From assembly GCA_046563655.1 (NCBI GenBank), contig CM102289.1:10044001-10108000 (forward strand): a DNA stretch of 64,000 nucleotides. The letters are read 5' to 3'. The position numbers and the translations under genes were made by a program. Positions 53,798 to 64,000 of this stretch are shown here, in pieces; position 1 is the first letter of the stretch, and every line of letters begins with the position of its first letter. The DNA comes from Yuukianura sp. NJ FZ-2021 (Eukaryota). The notes beneath the pieces are model-generated. The model was given only the letters and a program-made list of their open reading frames with translations, made no database searches and was not told the DNA's origin.

Positions 53798-54802
53798 TTG
53801 GGGGTTTGGAGTTGGGATGGTCCCCACATGCATTTTTTCCATTGCCACCCACTCCCTCCCCCACCATCCAACTCCAAAAGAGTAAAATCTTCCTTCGTTC
53901 TACTCCTTCCGTCTTCATATAAAAGGGAAGCTCAACCAATTCTTCTCATTCACTTTTTGGTCTCGTTCGAAAGATGAAGGAAGAGGAGACACAGTTTCCT
54001 TATGCAAACAAGCCTAATCTGCCTCTTCTTCAGTTATTTTTAATTTTCATCTCCAATTAACTTTTATTTTAGTTAATTGATCGATTGAATTCAAATGGTT
54101 CATCAGGGAATAGATGCATAACATGTCAGAACATTGTGTTTTGAATTTGTGAAGAGATGTTGGGGGGTTTGGAGTTGGGATGGTCCCCACATGCATTTGT
54201 GCCATTGCCACCTCACGCTATTCACCTCCCCCAACTCCAAAAGAGTAAAATCCAAGGGAATCCTACTCCTTCTCTCTTCGTATAAAAGGGAAGCTCACCA
54301 AGTTTTTCCTCTTCACTCCATCCAGTGGAGCTTCCACTGTTCTCGTCTGCTGTGACCTTTGACCCTTCACTCTTGTTTTTATTATGACTAAATTTTTGAC
54401 CCAGAAGGTGAAGGTCATGGCATTTATGCAATTCTCATAGTCACTCCGTCATGCACACTTTTGGTGGTATTTTGGTTCATTTGTTGGTTTTTGTGTAGTG
54501 ATTGAGATGATTTTGGTTTCTCCTCCTTTTTATATGAAAGCAAAAGGAGTCAGATGCTACTCGTCTGGGTCTATTTATAACATTTCCCATTCCGAGTGCG
54601 GACCTAGTCGGCTAACAAGAATTCCGCCACAATTTTGGCTGCTGAGAGTCATTTTGTCTCAAGTCCAAATCACCTTGAAGGCTAATTCTCAGAAAACAAC
54701 AGAAACTGCAGAATGGGTATCTCAGCATTAGAACCAGTGCAACTTGGACTTGAGACAAAATTGCGGGAAATAATTTCCAAAATTCAAAAGTTAGAATCAA
54801 AA
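53798..54802 (+). repeat. ~1-kb dispersed repeat, copy 2
   Basis: Co-linear with 19645-20650 with scattered substitutions. Confidence 0.95.
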
Positions 54803-54924
54803 CAAATAATAAAGTCAAAGCCTAAAGTCAAAAGTACAGTCGAAGTTAGGTAACAAGGGAGTACTAATCAATCAATTAGCTTAAATTTATCAATTAAACC
54901 TAATCCTTAATTATCAATTTATCA

Positions 54925-55178
54925 ATGACCTCAGTCATCAGTGCATTGACCAACCAGTATTCATCGAGGGATTTACCATCACAGACTAAACTCAAACACA
55001 GGTAAGAGGTAACCCTCCATCACTTCCGTTAGCTTATCGTGCTGGTCTAGCATTTCGAATCTTTTACTTTACCACCTATATCTCTTGTTACAGAATTCCT
55101 GGACAAGGACTGAAGATGAACGGAAGAGCAAGAACTACCAAAAGGAGGTCGAGGAAAAGGAGAGGCAAGCATCGTTAA
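54925..55178 (+). CDS. Candidate 53-aa basic micropeptide (exons 54925-55001, 55094-55178)
   Basis: Strong splice sites CAG|GTAAGA and TTACAG; spliced ORF MTSVISALTNQYSSRDLPSQTKLKHRIPGQGLKMNGRARTTKRRSRKRRGKHR. Confidence 0.35.
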
Positions 55179-57166
55179 TCGTTAATGGTTAATTATTAAC
55201 CTTTTGTTCTACTGCTCCAGTTTTCTAAAATGTTAGTCATCAATTTCTACAGTTTCTTACATGCTACTCTTTCACTATCCGCTTTCTCCTCAAAAATGAA
55301 GCTGATTGGTTTCCTAGTTCTATTCCACAGACATTTGGAAACACTGTTTACTTTGGGTAATGAGACTCAGGATTTGAATGTAGAATGTGGGTATTTGGGT
55401 TTGGAGGTTGGAGAGAGTGAAAGTAAAGTGCAGTTAGCAATGCAGCCTATAAGTGGATTGATTGAGGGATGTTCGGAAGTGGGAAGATGCTCCACAGTTC
55501 ACACCTCCCCTCCTCTTTTTAAGAAGTTGTTGGCCTAATTTAATTTGAAGAAGTTGAAGTTGCCTGGGGCAGTTCATGCTGTAAAAGGGAGTTTGTGGCC
55601 TACTGATCTCTGAGTGTCCGGCAGAGATTCAACTGCTGTAGGGACTTAAGGGGTGCACTTGGATATTTTGGGGTGTTTCTTGTGGTTTAACGGGACAGAC
55701 TCGCTCTCATCGACACAGTTAAGCTCTTCTACTTTTTAAAAGTGGTGTCTGTGTACACAAGAGAGGGGAGGATCTGGGTCAATCGGTTATTCGGCTCCGA
55801 GGAGCCGAGGAGACACAATGTCCACGAGACCCGGCTCTTCCCCGCCCACCGCCTCTGTCAACAACCCTCCACCATCCAAAAACACACAGAACTTTCCCAC
55901 GGTCCAGGTATGGCCAAATAACACTTCACTTTTTCATATTTTTGTAATAATCTTCCCGGGATAAGTGTAGGTCAGGAACTAATCCCGTTTTGTGTAGTTG
56001 AAAATTGATGATTGTGAGCATTTGACTTTTTGCTTGTTTTTTGTAGGTGACTGCTCGAGTTCTATTCGGATCCGTGTCAGCGATTTCTACTCTGCAGGCG
56101 GAACGGAAGCGAAGACGATGACTAGTCATCTCCTCACTCTAATTTTAACTCTGCTCATTCACAATCACAACATTCAACAATCAAGATTAGTCTCTGCGGA
56201 GGGATTCGGATGTTCCGGATCTAAAAGTGAAAGGAATCTTCATCCCCGTGGCCAAAAGTTCTTGAATGTTGGATCCAGGAAGCGGCGGAGCTCTTGAAAC
56301 AATAGAACCAAGTCTCTACGCACAAAGTGAGCAATTAAACTTTTAGTCTTTAGTTGACCTTACACAAATTGGTTTCTTGGAAGCGGCGGCGGAGGAGCCT
56401 TTCATCTTCCATTTTTCCTTAACATTTTTATGTCTTCTACTTTGGACTAATGGATTAATGTAATTTCCAGATACTGCCGTTCCAGAGGATTCCACACCCT
56501 TCAACTACCAAAAATGGGAGAAATTGGCACTGTTCCAACCAAGCAAATGCAGAAGAGATTAAACAAATTGTTGTTTAAAGTGGTGATTAACCGTCATACT
56601 TTTTGTCAAATGCTATTTTTACACAATGCCCAGTGAACATACTAACTATAGTAAATGTATTTATTCCCTACAACTATTTTTCTAAATACACTCGATTCTC
56701 AATCTCTAAATAAGTTTAACTTTAGTCTTGTCTCAGATTTTGGAAATGGCGATCAAGGCGGATGTGCTCGTTTGCGTCTGTGTTTGAAATGGCGCATGGT
56801 GCTTGTGGTTCCTGGGATTTCCCGCCTTCTTTGACCAACTTCACTCAGCACTTTGGCATGAAATGGTGCTGATGGACTTGATGAGTACTGGGCAGCAGTC
56901 GTAGTGGGGATGCTGATGCTGGAAGTACTGCTGGACTCTGGAGTGGGTCCAGCAGTACTGGAAATGGAACGTCCTCTGTCAGAAGCTACTGCAGTTGCGT
57001 TGAGAATTTGTGGGCGTGGTGTCGTGCGTCTTTCCGTTCTTCTAATTTGAAATGTCTCTCTGAGAACGAGGCCTTTGGGGTTGATTCCAGCGTAGATGGC
57101 CACCATGCACAGAGCAAAGATGACCACGAACAGCACAAACACAACTCCAATGGCCGACCGTCGTTG

Positions 57167-59949
<2,783 letters not shown>

Positions 59950-60189
59950 TTTCAAAAGACACTGCGAAAGATTTCACAAAACTGGGAATTATGTAATTTT
60001 GGTTTCACAAAGTAACTGGAGGAAAGTCCAGTTGGAAACTGAACCGGAACAGCAACATTCCATCGCTGAAACACCGGAACTTTCTCCAGAAAAAATGGAA
60101 CTGGAGCAAAGTGTCTTCAAAAAACTTTTCATGTTCATAAGGAAGCACTTTGGAAGCGTCGGAATTAGTTTTTGAATTTGTGAAAAGAA

Positions 60190-60333
60190 TTCCCGGAATT
60201 TTGTCTCAAGTTCCAGTAACCCAGAGTCTAATACTCAGATAACAATGTCTGCATTTTCCTTCGTTTCCGACAATTAGCCGACAATTAGTGCGGGAATTCT
60301 TTTCAAAAATTCAAAAAGTAAAATCAAAACAAA
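60190..60333. repeat. Diverged fragment related to the 3' end of the 1-kb repeat, in the TMEM26/ENOPH1 divergent promoter
   Basis: 60190-60278 resembles the reverse complement of ~20528-20618; 60290-60333 GCGGGAA..TTCAAAAATTCAAAAAGTAAAATCAAAACAAA matches the repeat terminus. Confidence 0.6.
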
Positions 60334-60413
60334 CTGTGATTATGTTTTGTAACTTACACTTTACATGTGTAAATGGAACATTTAGCTTGATTAATTGTTA
60401 ATTATAATTAAAC

Positions 60414-61559
60414 ATGGACGATTCTGTGACGACATCGACGAACGTTATCCTTCTGGACATCGAGGGGACGACTACTTCCATAAGCTTCGTAAAGGTAACT
60501 CCTAAATTCAGTCACTGTCAAATCCATAATCCAATTGAATTTTGTGTGAAAAATGAAAACTAAACGTTTTATTACAATGGTAGGATGTACTTTTCCCGTA
60601 TGCACGTCAACATCTTCCTCAGTTTTTAATGGACAACTGGTCGGATCCAGCCGTCGCTTACATCGTGAAACAAGTAGCAATCCAAGTAAGAACAAAAGTT
60701 TATTCTTCTACTGTAATTGTGGAAATTTGGTCTAAATTGAATTGTTTTCAGTATGGAATGGATGTTGCCAGTGGGATTCCTAATGTGCCTCCAGTGCATT
60801 GCGAAGAGACAGATGACCCCAATGTTGCGTTGTCAAGTGTACTCAGAAATCTACTCTGGCAGATGGACCAGGACAGAAAAACTACTTCTTTGAAAGCACT
60901 CCAAGGAATGATCTGGAAATCAGGATACGAACTTGGACAACTAACGTCACAGTATGCTTTTACTTTTACTTTCCATGATAAACTTATTCCACTGTTCTAA
61001 CTTTTTAACATATTTTGGATTCCAGTGTGTTTCCAGACCTGCAACCAGCACTGGCTCAGTGGACAGGAAAAGGAAAGAAAGTGTACATTTATTCCAGTGG
61101 CAGCATCGAAGCCCAAAAGTTACTCTTTGCTCATACTGAAAGGGGAAGCCTCTGTCATGTTAGTACAGAACGAAAAAGGAATTAAGGTATTGTTAGTTGA
61201 AGTTGATGGTAATAACGTTGGTTTGGTTTTTAGTACTTGAGTGGATACTTTGACACGACGACGGGACCAAAGATTTGCGCAGAAAGCTATTCCAAAATCG
61301 CTCAACAAATTAATACTCTTCCACACAATATCACATTCTTCACTGACCTCCTCCAAGGTTAGTTTCATTTGATATCTTGACTAAATTAAGATTTTCCTTT
61401 CGTAGTGGCCACTGTGTAAGTTTATTTTGCTTTGTAGAGGCGGATGCTGCAATGGAGGCGGGACTGGAAGCAGTCGTGATGATTCGACCTGGAAATCCAG
61501 TGGTGGAAATTGACAAGAACAAGTATCGAGTGGCACAGAGCTTTGAAGGGTTCTACTGA
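60414..61559 (+). CDS. ENOPH1: Enolase-phosphatase E1 (methionine salvage, HAD family), multi-exon
   Basis: [67 protein letters not shown], IRPGN. Confidence 0.95.
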
Positions 61560-62213
61560 CGACATTTATGAACCAAATAAACGTACAGTTCCCCAACAAG
61601 GTCTCTCTGTACTTTGAAAGTTTTGAGGAAGAGATGTTGTGTTTGATCCAGTGGGTGGTTTGGGCTCCAGACATTAGCAGTTTGGATTTAGTTAATTAAA
61701 ACACATTGGATTTGTGTTAATGTTAACCGGGTTTAATAGAGCTGTGTAGTAATTTTGAAGGCATGTTTTGGTTTTTGTTTGAAGATGTTGGTTGTTGCCG
61801 GATGGATTGGGAGGAGGTAGGGAAGGGAGGTTATTATCTGTGGGAGTGAGTGGATTCAGCTAATTCAGCATCCAATACTCTCAAGGAGTGGACCAAGTAG
61901 GATGACATCTCCCTTTTCATTCCATCTCTCGCACACTTTTTCTCTTTTGGTACATTCGTCGGCACGTTTCATCACCTCCGCTCAGCTTTTGCGGAGATAT
62001 GATCAACTTTACTTTAACTTCAATGGAACCCAGTTCAATTGCATTTTAATTAGTAATTTTTTATGTTGATGGAAATCTGTATTTGGGATCATCGTTAAAA
62101 ACTATCAAGTAATTCTATCTTTCAACTTTGTAGACGAACGAAAAAAGTTACCTTATCAGGGGTTTACCACATACAATTTTTAGATAAAAAAATTTTGAAG
62201 GGAAAAGGTTAGA

Positions 62214-62333
62214 TTAGCAAGATTTGATAAAGCAGAAATTTTAGATATTTCTCAGACTTAGCAAGATTTCATAAAGCAGAAATTTTAGATATTTGTCAGA
62301 CTTAGCCAGATTTCATAAAGCAGAAATTTTAGA
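62214..62333. repeat. 44-bp tandem repeat, ~2.7 copies
   Basis: TTAGCAAGATTT(G/C)ATAAAGCAGAAATTTTAGATATTT(C/G)TCAGAC. Confidence 0.9.
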
Positions 62334-64000
62334 ACAGCTAAATTTAACCGTCATAGGATTCCAATGTTTTAGCCAATTTACACTGACAGTTAAGTGAATT
62401 CGGCTGGGATTTGTTGAACTTCAATTATTTCAAACAAAAGTTAATGAAAATACCATTAAAATGTGCTTTGCGAAAAGGTTAAAGAGTAAATGGCCCAAGT
62501 GTGTGAAAGAGGTGAGCGGGGAGTGCGAAAAGTGCCGACGGATGTACCAAAAAAAGGAAAAGTGTGAGAGAAGTGGAATCCAAAGGGAGAAATGCTACGA
62601 AGGGATTTTGCCTTTATGCATCCTCTTCTCTCATCTGACTGTGATGTCAGTGTTCGGGAGACAGCGGAAGTAGAGTCAAGTGTGTTTGAAGTGTGTCGGG
62701 GTCACTGTCTCCCAATACATCTTCCCATATCACTCTTCACTCTGTCAAAATCATACCGTCTTATAAGTTCAAGTCACAGTGACCGTTACTTCGTGTCCAC
62801 TGCTCACCACGTATGTTTTAACTCATCCATTTATTCCATTGTTGAGTGGTTGTTATCATTTTGGACACTTTGCAGGGCCCACCAACTGTAGTCTAAGGGC
62901 GGACTGAAGTAGGGATCGCTGGAGGCGGGATCCGTGGACCAACTAAAGATCAAAACAGTGAATCAAGTGGAAAGGAGTGAAACATAGTGAAGTGGGTGAT
63001 TCATGGTATCAGTTTGGCGTTACTAACTCCGGCCAATCCGTATGTTCATCCCCATGTAAGTATTCTTAGCATTTCAATCATAATGAGCAGTACTGAGCCA
63101 TTTATACTGCATCAGTCATCTCCCAACCTACCTTATGCTCTCTGTTTTACAGTTGTGTTCCAATTATAACGTACACCGTTACGTCAGGCCCAAACTATGA
63201 ATAAGCATTAGGTTTTAGAGTATGTTTAACAATGTTAGCTTCTAATGTTGAAGGGGATTGAGTTTGTGAGTGTGAGGGGTCATTCAATTGTGGACTGGGA
63301 ATGAGGGGGAAGGTCAAGTGACTCAATTGTTTGGCAAATTAGGATTGCATGGGAACACCTATGGGATATGCATTTAGCAACATGCTTCAGGCTCCACTGC
63401 CCCCACAAAAGTCTAAAATTGTACAATCATTCTGAATTGTAACAATTGGATTTGAGGGTGGCTTTCCTACAAAATCACCAACTAAATCCAAATTGGGATG
63501 AAGGCATTTCATCAAGTACCACTGTAGCCACTTTTTAGTCGATCCATGTAGCCTTCGCATCTTCCATATCCATACTAAAGGTGCCTTTGACTTTTAACTT
63601 CAAGTGTTACCACAATTACAATGTGGAAATAAATTCCATTCTCATAACTTACCATATTGTTCTTTCGAATCTCAATTTAGCCAAGTCTTCTGAACACATT
63701 TTAGCATTTTACAACTCTCTCGGATCAGTTTGTACCCAACGGATTTAGTTTACGACTCATTTAGTAACTTTGATTTGATTCCCTAACTGCCGCTCACTTT
63801 AATGTCAAGTTCGTTAATTACAATTTATGGTAGGATTCAGTATTTCGCAACGCAGTTTTTATATTTTGAAACCGACTACTCAAAATAAGTTTGTAACAGT
63901 TGAGCATTGTTGTGCTTCATCCATGAAGGTTTAATAGGAAAGAAGTTTTAACTGATTTGTATTTGTGTTTTTAGGTTGATGCTGGATTTGGATGCCAGGC

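Noticed and set aside
55760..56565. Possible spliced plus-strand gene (donor at 55908, acceptors 56046, 56190, 56470)
   Set aside because: Splice sites look real but I could not fix a start or a single convincing frame

Overview
Eukaryotic, gene-dense, AT-rich DNA with many short (about 50-150 nt) GT-AG introns. The gene content points to an arthropod; a compact hexapod genome such as a springtail is my inference, not something the sequence proves. Recognisable genes: GABARAP/Atg8, a tetraspanin, a two-repeat mini-filamin, an FAD-dependent monooxygenase, ORC2, a DM4/DM12-like secreted protein, a carboxylesterase, a prohormone-like precursor, a scramblase-like gene, 7B2, a membrane-anchored cystine-knot protein, DCAF7/WDR68, RPL19, TMEM26 and enolase-phosphatase E1. 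Repeats include a DINE-1/HINE-like element, a 45-bp satellite and a ~1-kb dispersed duplication. Top findings: (1) a three-exon gene at 7133-9553, assembled by hand and not seen intact in the ORF track, encoding a disordered protein with a canonical BH3 motif (VGADLRDVGDQY) and a C-terminal tail anchor. It is a candidate BH3-only protein lying head-to-head with Atg8 across an AP-1/FoxO-rich interval. (2) TMEM26 ends in UGA-CAA followed by an in-frame 137-codon extension with an extra TM helix, a candidate for stop-codon readthrough. (3) An intron-poor monooxygenase that may be horizontally acquired. All gene models were spliced by eye and no database searches were run.
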